Source: Sarea resinae
Lineage: Eukaryota
Direction: 5' to 3'
NCBI GenBank assembly: GCA_026026165.1
Contig: JAPEUD010000118.1
Coordinates: 1 to 39,520, forward strand
DNA length: 39,520 bases
In this document: in pieces, positions 19,905 through 34,069 of the stretch
How the letters are laid out: each line of letters begins with the position of its first letter
How positions within the stretch are numbered: position 1 is the first letter of the stretch
Made by a program: the position numbers and the translations under genes
Notes under the pieces: generated by a model
The model's database searches: none
Told to the model about the DNA's origin: nothing
What the model saw: the letters and a program-made list of their open reading frames with translations, nothing else

Positions 19905-21686
19905 ATGCCTTCCGCAATTCCAGCTGAGAAGACCGACAAGACCGGGAAGCCCGAGGCACGACTGTTACTTGTCTCAAACCGTCTCCCGATCACAATCAAA
20001 CGATCCGAAGATGGCAATTATGATTTCTCCATGTCCTCAGGAGGTCTTGTCACCGGTCTCAGCGGACTCTCGAAATCGACCACGTTCCAATGGTATGGCT
20101 GGCCCGGTCTCGAGGTCCCCGAAGACGAAATAGAGCATGTCAAGGATAGGCTATTGAAAGAGTATAATGCGGTTCCCGTCTTCATCGCTGATGAGCTGGC
20201 CGACCGGCATTACAATGGCTTCTCCAGTAAGCATCCACCGTTGCTTTTGACCATCTATTCAATTCTAACCTACATGCTGCATAGACTCAATTCTTTGGCC
20301 TCTGTTCCACTATCATCCCGGCGAAATCACATTTGACGAATCGGCCTGGAGCGCTTACCGAGAAGCCAACCGTCTCTTCGCAAAAGCAATCGCCAGCCAA
20401 GTCAACGACGGCGATCTCGTCTGGGTCCATGACTACCATCTGATGCTCCTTCCGGCAATGCTGCGAGAGGAGATTGGTAACACCAAACAGAACGTCAAGA
20501 TCGGCTTCTTCTTGCATACTCCCTTCCCAAGTAGCGAGATCTATCGCATCCTGCCCGTGCGGAACGAGATTCTGCTCGGAGTACTCCATTGCGACTTGAT
20601 TGGATTCCACACATACGACTATGCGAGGCATTTCTTGAGCAGTTGCTCTAGGATACTGTGAGTAGAGTTCCTCTGTGAACCAACGTACCCTGTCTTTATG
20701 CTGATTTTGTAGTGGACTTGCCACAACACCAAATGGGGTTGAGTTCCAAGGGAAGCTAGTCACGATCGGCGCCTTCCCTATCGGAATCGATCCGGAAAAG
20801 TTCACCGAGGGACTGAAAAAGCCCAAGGTCCAGGAACGTATTGCTACTCTTGAACGAAAATTTCAGGGTGTCAAGCTCATGGTGGGAGTCGATCGTCTGG
20901 ATTACATCAAAGGAGTGCCTCAGAAGCTTCATGCCTTGGAAGTTTTCTTGACCGAACATCCCGAGTGGATCGGCAAAGTTGTGCTTGTCCAAGTTGCAGT
21001 TCCTAGCAGACAAGACGTCGAAGAGTATCAAAATTTGAGGGCCGTTGTGAATGAGCTTGTCGGGAGGATCAATGGCAAATTCGGTATGTCTCGAAATGCC
21101 GCTTCGAGCTCTTGTATTGGAACTAATGGCTCTTAGGCACGATCGAGTTCATGCCCATCCATTTCATGCACAAATCGGTTTCTTTTGACGAGCTTATCGC
21201 CCTCTACGCCGTTTCTGATGTTTGTGTGGTATCCTCGACCCGTGATGGCATGAATCTTGTCTCGTACGAGTACATTGCAACGCAGCAAAAACGGCACGGT
21301 GTCATGGTCCTTTCCGAGTTCACTGGCGCAGCTCAGAGCTTGAACGGGAGCCTTATCATCAATCCTTGGAATACCGAAGAGCTGGCCGAAGCATTGCATG
21401 ATGCTGTCACCATGGGTGAAGAGCAGCGCGCCATCAACTTTCAGAAGATGGAACGATATGTAACGAAGTATACTAGGTAAGTTTATCGTTCGCGCATAGA
21501 TTGTTTAGAGCTGACAACATCTCTCTTAGCGCTTTCTGGGGTCAGTCCTTTGTCGGCGAACTCACGAGGATATCAGAGCAAGCAGAGAAGAAGTTGAAGG
21601 GCAGAGGGCCGGCACCGGCGATCACGGAAGGGAGTGATGCTACCGCTCGAGTGGCTGATGCTACCGTGCCAGTGACGCCCCCGTGA
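19905..21686 (+). CDS. TPS1: Trehalose-6-phosphate synthase
   Basis: Five exons; motifs LLVSNRLP, MSSGGLVTGL, HYNGFSNSILWPLFHY, WVHDYHL, GFFLHTPFP, GVDRLDYIKG, RDGMNLV and LSEFTGAA. Confidence 0.97.
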
Positions 21687-22248
21687 GTGCAGATGGGAAA
21701 CAGGTGTTGCAGGCAGTGATGAAGGGACGAATGCATGGGCACTGAGGGCTTTTGATCTCACTAAACAGCGGGCTGGCGCACGGTAAATGGCGAAGCGTGA
21801 TGCATAACTTAGCAACCGAATCGATAGATGGCATGAATGAATCTTACTCCGTATGCATATAAGTCTATTGTGCAACGCGCTACGTGCCTGGATAGATCAC
21901 GTTTTCGGTCTTATTCAGAGGTGTCTTGTATGTCGTGGCCATATACAGTCATGTACATAGCCAAGAATCCGCCATCAGCAACATGGATGGGCCATCGGAG
22001 ACGCTTGATTTCTGCCTCAATTATGCCAGCGCCCTACGAATGACAAGCAATTCGCGCGCGCACTGACGGCCTACAGACAACATCAATAGGCCTGCAAGTT
22101 TGCAGTCGAGCAGAAATATTGTTTAGCGCCATGGCTCTGACTCACTTGATTTCGTCAACTATTTTTGTGCCCATCATCCAGCACCACCTTCTCTTTAGCA
22201 GCTTAATTTTTGGATTCTGAGAGAAGAAACACAGCAACATCAATCGCT

Positions 22249-23145
22249 ATGAAGCTCTCTTACACAATCTTAGACGTCTTTACAACAACCTGCTACGCCG
22301 GCAATCCTCTAGCCATTGTGCGGGTCCCCCATCAATTGCGAGCAGCCCTCACCCAGTCGCAGAAACAAGGAATAGCTAAAGAATTCAATCTCTCGGAGAC
22401 GGTCTTTTTGCATGAAGACGCAGATACCGGTAAAGGGGAGGTGATTGTCGATGTGTTCACTCCCGAAGCCGAAATACCATTTGCGGGACACCCTAGTATT
22501 GGAACCATCTACCATCTCATTCGGCAGAAATCACAGCCCGTCAAGACCCTCCTCATGAAGGCTGGACCTCTATCCATATCCGTCGACAACGATGCCGGCC
22601 TCGTTGGCGCGGAGATTCCTCATAACGTGCATATTCACGGCACCAAACTCGCCAGCGACCTGAGCATCTACAGAGAATGCCCGCTTGTATCAATCGTCAA
22701 GGGGATGAACTTCATTCTCGTTCACCTCAGTGACCTCGTAGCGCTCCATAAAGCCAATCAGAGCCTAAAGCGCCATCCCTATCAGCCCGAAGGACTGGAC
22801 CAAGGCTGGTCGCAGGGTTTCACCGGGACGTATTTCTATGTTCCTTTGGGTGTAGATTCCCGGGGCCGCCAGACCTTCAGGACGAGGATGCTCTCTACCG
22901 AAAGCGAGGAGGATCCCGCGACCGGGAGCGCCGCCAGCGCCCTGACTGCTTACCTTGCTCTCCAAGAGTCGCTGGAGAAGGGAGCGGGTCCATTCGAATA
23001 CGTCCTTACGCAGGGCGTCGAAATGGGGAGGACAAGCCATATCTTTGTGAGTATTCAAAGGAAGCCGAACGGTGATGGTATCGAGACGGTCACGCTCAGG
23101 GGCACGGCTGTCGGTGTTATGGAGGGAACCCTGGAGGTGGACTAG
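22249..23145 (+). CDS. PhzF / diaminopimelate-epimerase-like protein (YHI9-like)
   Basis: DVFT...GNPLA, FNLSETVF, FTPEAEIPFAGHP, EDPATGSA and QGVEMGR; the start is more likely the ATG at 22249 than the TTG in the ORF track. Confidence 0.92.
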   Translation: MKLSYTILDVFTTTCYAGNPLAIVRVPHQLRAALTQSQKQGIAKEFNLSETVFLHEDADTGKGEVIVDVFTPEAEIPFAGHPSIGTIYHLIRQKSQPVKTLLMKAGPLSISVDNDAGLVGAEIPHNVHIHGTKLASDLSIYRECPLVSIVKGMNFILVHLSDLVALHKANQSLKRHPYQPEGLDQGWSQGFTGTYFYVPLGVDSRGRQTFRTRMLSTESEEDPATGSAASALTAYLALQESLEKGAGPFEYVLTQGVEMGRTSHIFVSIQRKPNGDGIETVTLRGTAVGVMEGTLEVD

Positions 23146-23833
23146 GAAAGATGGCCTTCCACGGTAGTATTCATCAATGCAACTCAAAATGATCATCATT
23201 GAAGTTTGTTCATCTTATCATTGACCAAGACTTTGATGGCAAACGACAATCGGCCGAAAAGGCAGTGCTTGGAAATTTACAATCTGTCAATGCTCAGCAT
23301 TCGAGACTTTCATTGCTCATCGTAATCGGTGGCTTTCATCGAGCAATCCAACTTCCATAAAAGCCGCGGCTATGATTTATGTGTATTAGGCGCTCGAGTA
23401 AGGGGAGGAAGATAGCTGACGGGAGGTACAATAGAACCTCAAGCTTTCAACAAGGGTCGAAGGCCTAGACGCGGGGAACGCCGCATTAGACGAAGCCGAC
23501 TGCCCATGTTCACGTCGATGTCACAACCCGGGGATGCAAGTCAAGTGGCCTTCAGGTCATCCTCCAGGCATCATCCAAGCCATCTTTCAGCTGACTACCG
23601 AATCCATCTTCGATCGTGCACAATAACAAGCATGATCTGTGCAGAATCGGCGTGAATGCTACTCAGATGCACTTTCGATCACACTGAAAGCATCTATCTT
23701 GCCTTATGATGCGATAAGCGTCACCTTGTTGACTCCGGGAAATGCCGTCACGGAGTCAGCTCTAGGCTATCGACAATAACTGCTTCTACAAATCTGTCAA
23801 CGCCGTGCGCTGCCAGACAAGAGGACGCCCAAG

Positions 23834-26800
23834 ATGATGGCCTCAAATCTTCTCTCCCGGCTCTTACCTTCGACTGCAGGGTCGCCTTCAGTCTATGAGA
23901 CCCTTCGGCAATACGATCAGACGTCGGATGCTTCAGACGTCGAGGAGCGAGCGGGCATGGTCTTGGACGAAGAGAATCTCGGAGAACGCTTCCATGATTA
24001 CGACTTGGATGACGCCCTAGCTGAGGCTGCCGAAAGCGGTATCGAGACAGAAAGTACTGCGTTTCTTGGACGGGACACTTCTCGGCAACAGCAGCGGCAA
24101 ACGAAGAACAACGCCGGTGGGCTTCGAGGTGCAAGGAGCAATAGCCGGCCGAAGTGGATGGGGTATTCACGTCGATATGAGGGAGAAGAGGGAGAGGACG
24201 ATGTCCCGGCCTCTCTCCTCATTGAGGGCGCTGACGAGGGCGCAGCGACGATGGGTGGTAATAATGATAATCGGGCACACGGTGAACCGCTGTCCATCCC
24301 TCCAATGCCAGGCCCTTCGACCAGGGAAACTAGAGCTCACTGGGAGGCTACGCAGGCGCATCAAAGACTACACCAAGATGAGCAGGGCAACAGAGCCAAA
24401 GGGCCAAAGGTCACTCGGGGTGGGGGAGGCTTGGCCATCATTGACCCTAAAGAAAAGGCCCTGTGGATGTGGGCGAATGTCGACAACCTGGATAACTTCC
24501 TGCAGGACGTCTACGAATATTTCTTGGGAAACGGAATCTGGTGTATTGTTCTCAGCCGCGCCCTCAACCTTCTGTAAGCCGATTATGTGACCGTCTATAG
24601 CCATGGCGCGCTAACCATTCCGTAGAACACTGGGTTTTGTGGTTGGATTTACGTCTTTTCTGACTATGTGCATCGATTACAAAAGCGTGCCGGGCAGTAG
24701 GACTATGTCGCAGATTCTGATCCCGCAATGCACAAAGAAGTAAGTCGACCGCCTATCAGATTTCTTGGGAAGCAACTAACGATAGCGCAAAGGATGTCCG
24801 GCTCAGCGAATCTTCTCCTTTGGCTATTCACCTTCCTTTGGATCGCAAAGCTTTTCCAATATGCCGTAGATCTTCGACGCCTAAAGCGTATCCATGACTT
24901 CTATCATTACCTTCTCGAGATTCCCGATTCCGATATCCAGACTATATCTTGGCAAGAGGTGGTGGCAAGGCTTATGTCCCTGCGAGATTCAAATCCGGTC
25001 ACGGCCGATGGGTTGACAGACAAGAATCGCAGATTTCTGGGCAGCCAGTCAAAGCAGCGAATGGACGCGCACGATATTGCAAATCGGCTGATGAGAAAGG
25101 ACAATTATCTCATTGCGCTTTTCAACAAGGATATCTTGGATTTGACGCTTCCAATACCATTCCTAGGGAATAGGCAGCTTTTCTCCAAGACGCTGGAGTG
25201 GAACCTCAATCTGTGTATCCTCGACTATGTCTTCAACGAGCAGGGTCAGGTTCGGCCATTATTCCTCAAGGAGACACATCGCCGCATTCTCAGTGATGGA
25301 TTACGGCGGCGGTTCCTCTTTGCTGGTTGCATGAACGTCATCTGTGCTCCTTTTATTGTCATATATTTCATGATGCTCTACTTCTTCCGCTACTTCAACG
25401 TAAGAACTCACCCCTAATACTGGCCTGCGAAGTCAACCCTGCGACAGACTTACTGAGACTGATTCAGGAATACCAAAAAAATCCGTCTCAACTCGGTTCC
25501 CGCCAGTACACGCCCTTAGCTGAATGGAAATTTCGGGAATTCAATGAACTGTGGCACCTTTTCCAACGACGTCTCAATATGTCGCATCCTTTCGCATCCC
25601 GTTATATAGACCAGTTCCCCAAAGACAAGACAATTCAGCTTTGCCGATTCGTTGCATTCGTCACAGGCGCTCTAGCTTCGGTTTTAGCTCTTGCATCCGT
25701 CATTGATCCTGATCTATTCCTCGGCTTCGAGATAACTCATGAACGAACAGTGCTCTTCTATCTCGGAGCCTTCACAGCAATTTGGGCAGTTGCAAGAGGA
25801 GCCGTACCAGAAGATAATCTGGTATTCGACCCTGAGTATGCCTTGAATAACGTTATCGAATATACACATTACCTACCCACTCAGTGGCGAGGCCGACTAC
25901 ACAGCGACGAGGTCCGAAAAGAGTTTTCCATGCTTTACCAGATGAAAGTGGTGATATTCATGGAAGAGATGCTGAGCATCATTTTCACGCCATTTGTCCT
26001 TTGGTTTAGTTTGCCCAAATGCAGCGATCGGCTGGTGGATTTCTTTCGAGAATTCACAGTCCATGTTGACGGGCTGGGGTACGTTTGCTCCTTCGCGGTG
26101 TTCGACTTCAAGAAAAGCGGAAACAACATGGCACAGAAGCGGTTGGAACAAGTCGACGGGCAACATGGCTTGCGGGATGAGTACTTCTCGAGTAAGGATA
26201 ACAAGATGCTGGCTTCTTACTATGGGTTTTTGGACAATTATGCCAATAACCCTCGTGCTGGCATGGCACATGCGCATCCGACGGGCATGAAACGGCCGTT
26301 CTATCCTCCTCCAACATTTCCTGGGTTGATGTCTCCTACCCTGGCAGCAGAGATGAGCGGCCCCGGCAGTGGAAGGCAGGACAAATGGGATCGGCAGGGA
26401 AGGGCCCCCGTTCGTGCCGGCAGCCGTGGTGCGAATGCTCACCCAACGCCCAGGTTTCCACTGGGCTCACATCCATCGCCAATGCCTTCTATCCTCCTCG
26501 ATCCTCATCATCAACCCTCTACCTCCGGCTTCAGGGGCGTACCTAGGCCAAGCGCTCAGTCACGGTATCGTGCTCCTCGCGGGCCGTTGGCGGAACCCAT
26601 CGAAGATGACGAGGAGGAGGTACAAGAGAGCTCGCGGCAGCAGAGCGGAGTCATATCAAGCGCCTCCGCTGGACATACCGCATCGGATAGCAATCTGGGC
26701 GGGTCTTGGAAGACGACTCGCGCTGGAGCCGTCGATGAAGAAGGGGACGAAGAGGACCGCGAAGCTGCGGATGGGGAGAAGGGTGCTGGCGTTTTGGGTC

Positions 26801-26859
26801 TCATTTATCAATTCCAGAAGGCTACTCAGACCGAAGGAAGAGGCGGGGTCAATATCTAG
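23834..26859 (+). CDS. ATG9: Autophagy-related protein 9
   Basis: Four exons; [43 protein letters not shown] and [23 protein letters not shown]. Confidence 0.97.
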
Positions 26860-28361
26860 GACATGGAGGCGAGAGACGGAGTTGTTGGATCATTTTACAG
26901 GCGATAGACAGTGCGGCGCTCCTCTGCCGAGGAGTTGCACGAAGGAGGCATTGGAGTATGTTCGAATGAGTGATATCCAGAGGACTAGAATGGTCCGGTC
27001 GGTCTACCATGTACTACCTCATATCATCATAGCTAGGAAAGATCTGGAAGTTTTCGCTGTTCGTTCTCTACCCTCTGTCCTCGCTTCAATTACGCATCGC
27101 TGCGGTCCCGGCTCCACGGAGGAGGAGGCATCCGAGGAACCATGGCCTCGACCGGTGCACGGGCCACATGGAGACAAGTTCCACTGTGCACGATCACAAT
27201 TCGCCGTGACTGATTATCGCGCAGCCGATCCTTGACTCTTGTGTTGGCCTAGGGCATCATTAGTAATACGCCAAATCACTGAGTTGAATCTTCCTCGAAT
27301 GAGATGGGTGCATGAGGGCATGGCTGAAGCGTCGAATGCACCGGCGGAGGTCGACACGAGTAGAGCAGGGCATCATGAACACTCGCACTGAGATCACTTG
27401 TGATTGATGATTACCTAGGTATGGTTTGTGGCAACGAGATTCGCCTTATCTGACTGTAAGATTAAAAGAACCTCGAGGAAGAGGAGCACGCGGGTATTAC
27501 GTATTCCAGAGTATGTACGGAGTAGTACTTTAACGGATGGGAGCTTGTGCAGGGAGGATTGGGGCCAGACCAGGCCTGCGTGACTAAGGCACTTCTCCGA
27601 ATACCTCCTGTTACTGCGTATTCCTCTCAGCACTGCAAGTCTCACAGTACGAAGTCCTTCGTACTTCATGTGTCTTGCCGCGAGGGATCCTCGGCCGCTC
27701 TCCGCCTCACCCCTGTCTCTTCGTCTCCGCGTAAGCCGTATGGAGGTCGGATCTGAACTTGCAGCAGCCGTCGAGGTAGAGAGTACTAGAGGGTACCGCT
27801 CGACTGCACGTTGGCCGTGCTCGAATGGCTATCATCCACACGTATGAAGTACTGCAGAGTACTCCCTACCTCCGCGCATCTCTGATCCTGACATTGATCC
27901 ATTGACCTCCATCCGTAGAGCCAAGCAGCGCAAGCGAAAAGGTCCGCGGCTGAAAATCATCGATCGTCACTACTGCTGCCTCAATCGCCCTAGAGCGTGC
28001 GACCTTAATGACGGGGGAACTTCCTGACTACCGACTGAACGAGACAATTTGCGTTTGCCAGCAGGTAGTCCGGCCGTCCTCCACCTTGACCTACCTTGCT
28101 TGCTCGACCTGACGCTGCTCATACATTTCCAAACCACACACCTCCAGAATCCTCAATCTTCAATCCTTCGCCTTCACCACGACCCCTTCGACGCCAGATC
28201 TCCACCATCACGGCAGACCATTCATCACACATCGTCACCGTCTCGCCATCCCCTCTCGTCGGTTTCAGCTTGGCCCTGCGGTGAGAGAGAGTTGCGCAGT
28301 CACCGTGTCTTCGTCAAAGACTCTACCCGCAGGTTTACCTGCAGCGTCGGAGGCGGTCCAG

Positions 28362-29699
28362 ATGGCCGCCCCCGACACGAGCCCCATTGAGGAGTATGAG
28401 TATGATCTCTTCACCCTCAATCTCTATGGACACGATTTGCTGACGCCTTTGTAGCTATGAGAGTCTTCCGCCGAACTTTTCGCTGGCGTCGAATATGATC
28501 GCCGGCGCCTTTGCTGGTATTGCCGTATGTTTTATCACCGGATCTGATTTCGAAGATGGTAGCTGATCAATCTCCAGGAGCATTCTGTCATGTACCCAAT
28601 CGACCTCCTCAAGGTTAGTACCTTCCAGGGCTGCGCATCCGGAAGAAATCCCACTGACCACTCACCCATCAGACGCGAATGCAAGTCGTCAACCCATCAC
28701 CAACCGCCGTTTATACCGGCCTTACGAATGCCGTGGCGCAGATCTCAAGGATCGAGGGATTCCGTTCATTGTGGAGAGGTGTCTCGAGCGTGATAGTAGG
28801 CGCTGGTAGGTCTCCGTAGTCCGTCAATTGATCTGGAACCGGAAACTCACTTTTTCTGCCAGGTCCGGCGCATGCTGTTTACTTTGCCACATATGAAGCC
28901 GTGAAGCAAGCAATGGGGGGCAATGAAGGCAATTCACATCACCCATTCGCTGCAGGTATGCACCATTAATCGCCATCTCGCGGAACTTGAACGCAGATGC
29001 TGCTAGATGCTGACAATTATATTAGCCACAAGCGGTGCCTGCGCCACCATTTCAAGCGACGCTTTGATGAATCCCTTCGATGGTAGGTTCCGACTGCTCT
29101 CAGTGAACATGAAGCTTTTCTTGCTGACATTGGCTTTCAAGTAATTAAACAGAGGATGCAGGTCCACGGCTCCGTATACAGATCACTCGCCCATTGCGCC
29201 ACGACGATGTATAGGACCGAGGGGCTTAGGGCATTTTATGTCTCATATCCCACAACTCTCTGCATGACAGTTCCATTCACTGCCGCCCAGTTCACCGCCT
29301 ACGAATCAATGTCGAAGATGATGAATCCCTCGAAGCAATACGATCCAGTCACCCACTGCGTTGCTGGTGCCCTTGCCGGAGGTTTCGCTGCTGGCATAAC
29401 TACGCCATTAGATGTCATCAAGACACTGTTACAAACAAGGGGCACTGCTCGAGATGCTGAAATTCGGAATGCAAACGGCTTGGTAGAGGCAGCTGCCATC
29501 ATAAAGCGACGCAATGGCTTGAGGGGTTTCTTTCGCGGACTGAAACCGAGAATCATCTCGACCATGCCGAGTACAGCGATATCCTGGTGAGTTCTCTGTC
29601 CTGCTACTCACCACGTCCACCGTCACTTACATATTGGAATTGAGGTCTGCGTATGAGATGGCCAAGGCATACTTCATTCGACACGCCGATGATATATGA
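28362..29699 (+). CDS. MRS3: Mitochondrial iron carrier (mitoferrin, Mrs3/Mrs4 family)
   Basis: Many short exons join to give [92 protein letters not shown] and PSTAISWSAYE. Confidence 0.92.
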
Positions 29700-31018
29700 A
29701 ACCGCCGATTGCTGCATCATTGCGCCCAGTTTAACTACTTGGACTTCATACTGCCCCCTTGATGGAAGGCCTCGATCCATCCAGCGCAGCCCGTGGAAAC
29801 ATGAGCTGTACAAGTGGCTCTGCTCTCTGAGGAACCCACACCCGCTTTCACTCTCAATTTCCTCCGGCGTTGCTCTCCTCTCACGAAATGGCCACTCGAA
29901 TCTTACTATATTCTCAAACCGGCAGAAAGGTCATGCCTGCTGAACAGATGCGGAGCGATCTGCTCTTTCATGGCCATTGGGCATTGGAAAAGCCTTGATT
30001 TATACTCCGAGCGTTCATGTTTTCTCTTCTTGAATGTACTTTGATGATAGACTGGGCGGGGACGCCTCCTTTTCCGAATCTTCGAGGCAATGTACTTCGG
30101 TGGCGGTCGCTACTGTGGACGAAGGGGATCCTTAAATACTTGCGGGGCGATGGCCGTCTTCATCTCACCCGCTTTCCACATCATGGCATCTTGTTGGTCA
30201 TTGTCAGGCGTTGAGAAGCGTTTCCGTCAAACATGCCGCTTTTTCTCTCGTGTCCAGTCCTATTTTCCGGCATGTACTCATAGTCTGGCGAGGATGCACG
30301 CGGCTTGCGAACCCTACGCAGTTCGCAATCACAAATGAATGAGAGCTTGCCAGTGTCTTCCATGGAGATGTGGATGAGATGTTGTGTGTGAAGTGCTCCA
30401 GTGGGGGCCTGCGGTGGTGCTACGAAGGGAAGTCTAAGCCACATGGAGTGATGAATGGCCTGTGGCTGTGGGGAAGGGGCTCGTACCTTACCTAAACTGC
30501 TGTGCCTTGTGTACGAGGGACGAAGTACTACTACGTAGTACTCGTAGGTTGTTTTGATGTAAGGCGGGGGCCTTGTCCGGTTCGAGAAAGGTACCAAGTG
30601 TCTGATGATGGAGGGGTGAACATGTCTAGGTACTGGCTTGTGTGCTCATCGTGAGCCGCCTTCAAGGTAGCGATACCTAGCCCGTACTCTAATCACTGCC
30701 ATGTCGTACCCCTCTACACCGTACTAGTACCCTCTGGGTCGATAATTAGGTACCTCGTACGCCCAAGCTGGCGCTGGCTGGCTGGGCTGAGCTCAACACC
30801 GTACTCGTAGAGGAAGGAAACGGTCACAAGCGTGTGGTCGACCTGACATACCTACTTGACCAGAACATCATTGTGATCTGTATCACTGTATCACAGTATC
30901 ACCGTCACCCATTCTACTCCCTCCATCACTCAATCTCTACTCTACTCCACAGCGACACTTCGACATTGTGATCTTCTTGTCAACTTTCCGGTCGCAGCTC
31001 AAAGGTCGCCAAGGTACC

Positions 31019-31044
31019 GAGAGAGAGAGAGAGAGAGAGAGAGA
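31019..31044. repeat. (GA)13 microsatellite
   Basis: Direct inspection; upstream of the AAA ATPase. Confidence 0.95.
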
Positions 31045-31269
31045 TCACAATCGATGGGACTGACGTCTTTGCCCGCTTAATTTGCCCGACCGGACTGGCA
31101 ACCCTCGATCCAGCCATCCTCCAACTCTACCTCTGCCTCTACTTCCCTTCCGCCCTTCCTTCCTTTCACGGCCGTATGTTTTGATTTCTCTTTGAAGTAA
31201 AACACCTCCAAGGCACACCTTCTACGATTAGCATACGTGCGGCCCAATGTGGGCACGAGGCCGTATCAG

Positions 31270-34069
31270 ATGATGCGGAGCAAACATGCGTCTTCTCTTC
31301 AGAAGACCTACGACGAGTGCTATCTGGTGTGCTCCACGGCGGTATACTTCGAGGGCCAGGTGCGTATTCCCAAATCCGGCAGTCGCTTTCTCTTCACCAT
31401 GACAAGTGCTCGCGTTCTAACCTCTGTTCGTGTTGAAGAACAACGAAGCAGAAGCACTTCGCTCGTGGCGCGATGCTCTCGACCAGATCTACTATCACAA
31501 TGCCTACCGCGTCCCTCCGAATTACAAGCCCAAGTCCGAGACCGAGAGAGCGCTGATGGATTCCCTTCGCGAACTGGAAATGCAATGCAAAGAGCGAGTT
31601 GACCTCTTGGAGGCTCTTCGACAAAGCCGCTTGGGAGCCAAAAGCAGTGAAGAGAACTTGCCTAATGGACACTCGCCGCGCGGAAAGCACTCGCTGTTTA
31701 CGAGTCCACGGGAATCTTCAGGGCCAGAAAAGTCGGCCGCGATCGGCCAAGGGACTGTCCCGACGGTCAGCTATTCAGATCTATCGAGACCCACACCGAT
31801 ACTGCCACAGCGACCCCCACCGATGATCCCGAGAAGCTCGACACATGAGGCGCCGCGATCACGCAGTGTACCTAAAACAAGCAAGACTTCGAGGCCATCA
31901 ACATCGCCACAGAACCTTCCTATCCCGAATGTCACTAGCTCCAGAAGCCCTAGTCCTGATAAAAAGAAGGGGATGTTGATGACGTTGAGGAAAAGCAAGG
32001 ATGGGAAGAAGTCTCCAAAGGCTGCAGGGACGATGCGATCTCGGCCACCGGCTGCCGCGAAGGCGGCTACACAGGCCTGGAGTTCGAAATCTCGGGCTGA
32101 TAGGGATAGGCTGGGGCAGAGCCTGGCCGACGCAGGAGCCAGCACGACGACAGTCGATTCCTTCTATCGAGATAGTCACGCGGAAAGTCCGATGCCGAAG
32201 GAGGACTCTGGAGTGGGGCAAATGCCTGATCTAGGAGCACGAGCAACTCCGTTACTCACCCCGTCGGGTCCTGACTATATGCGAGTCCAAGACAGTTCGC
32301 GCCCAGCGGACACTCTGAGACGTAACAGCCACAATGCACCCTATCCAGTATGGCCTAAAATCCCATCTCCCTCGGCGTCCTCGATGCAGCTTACGGAAGA
32401 TCAAGTCTCCCCAAATCCGCCTACGCCACCACCACACAGATCTCTTGAAAAATTGCCCATTAGGAAAAACCCGAATGCTACGTCGTTGGAGCCAAGTATG
32501 CGGCTGGGTATGGACTCTCTCCCATATAAGGGAGGTTCCCCTTCGGTCAATGCCAGTGCGAAGAAAACGCCTCCTCTACCAATGAAACCACCTAGATTGA
32601 GTATAGACGCTAGCAGATCAGCGTCAAGCTCCAGCTATCCCTCTCCACGGACAATCACCAATCATAAAGTACGTTCCTCGGCTCCTCCAAACAGCTCTTC
32701 GAAACGCGCCCTGGCCAAACCTCCCACGGCTCGGCGCGGGCTACCTTCACAGTCCGAACCACGCGACTCTGATATCTGGGGGAGTGGAGAGGAGAGCAGC
32801 AGTGACTATCATCCATCTTCGACGTCAGGACCACGCTCCCGCAAGCACAAAGAAGAGCCACTTCTGGCGGGGTCACCGCCTACTCCAACCTCGACTTCCT
32901 CGGAATCTTCGGATCTGTCTCCAGCGGAAAGAGAATGGAAGGCGCGTGTCGAGCGCCTCATGAATAACCTTCCTAAGGGAGTCGACCCAGCGGCGGCGAG
33001 TCAGATTTTCAATGAAATTGTTGTGAAAGGAGACGAGGTGCACTGGGATGATGTGGCCGGTCTCGACGCTGCGAAGAATGCATTGAAGGAGGCCGTTGTC
33101 TACCCTTTCCTGCGTCCAGATCTCTTCATGGGTTTACGAGAACCCGCCAGGGGAATGCTTCTGTTTGGTCCACCAGGTACGGGGAAGACCATGTTAGCCC
33201 GGGCTGTCGCCACAGAATCACGTTCGACGTTTTTCTCCATCTCAGCAAGCAGTCTCACGAGCAAGTATCTGGGCGAGTCCGAAAAACTCGTCCGTGCCCT
33301 ATTTGCAATCGCAAAGGCGCTCGCTCCTTCTATCATCTTCGTCGATGAAATTGACTCGCTTCTATCCTCACGTTCCGGATCAGGAGAACACGAAGCCACG
33401 CGGCGCATCAAGACGGAGTTTCTGATCCAGTGGTCTGATCTCGCTCGCGCCGCAGCTGGCAGGGAGCAATCTGAACGAGAAAAGGAAAAGGGCGATGCTA
33501 GCAGGGTGCTTGTCCTTGCAGCAACGAACTTGCCCTGGGCGATTGACGAGGCCGCTCGTCGTCGCTTCGTTCGAAGACAGTATATCCCGCTACCGGAGGG
33601 GCCTGTACGAGCCATGCAGTTGCGGACGTTGATGGGACATCAGAAGCATGAGCTCAGTGATGAGGACATCGAGGTCTTAGTGCAGCTGACTGATGGTTAG
33701 TTTTCTCTCTCCCTCCCTTGCCTTTGCTTTTCTTCATTGTTCCAGTGACCCCTGAAAGGCGTTCGCTTCCTTTTGTTCTTACACTATCCACCCACCTTCT
33801 ACCTATGCTGCGTAACAACCGCAAAAGGCTGACGTTGTCCAAACTCAGGCTATTCCGGCTCAGATATAACTGCCCTGGCCAAAGATGCTGCCATGGGCCC
33901 GCTTCGCAGCCTGGGCGAGGCTCTCCTCCACATGTCTATGGATCAGATCCGCCCGATCCAATGTGGTGATTTTGAAGCCAGCTTGGTCAATATCAGGCCC
34001 AGTGTCAGCAGCGAAGGCCTCAAGCAGTACGAAGAGTGGGCTAGACAATTTGGTGAGAGGGGGGGTTGA
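31270..34069 (+). CDS. Meiotic-clade AAA ATPase (Yta6/Sap1, spastin/fidgetin-like) with N-terminal MIT-like domain
   Basis: [47 protein letters not shown], then a last exon [33 protein letters not shown]; long Ser/Pro-rich linker. Confidence 0.92.

Noticed and set aside
22249..23145. PhzF-like gene as a sign of a phenazine cluster or recent bacterial transfer
   Set aside because: PhzF-like proteins are widespread in fungi and no other phz genes are adjacent.
26369..27235. 288-aa ORF overlapping the ATG9 3' end
   Set aside because: Shadow frame with a non-ATG start and no motifs.
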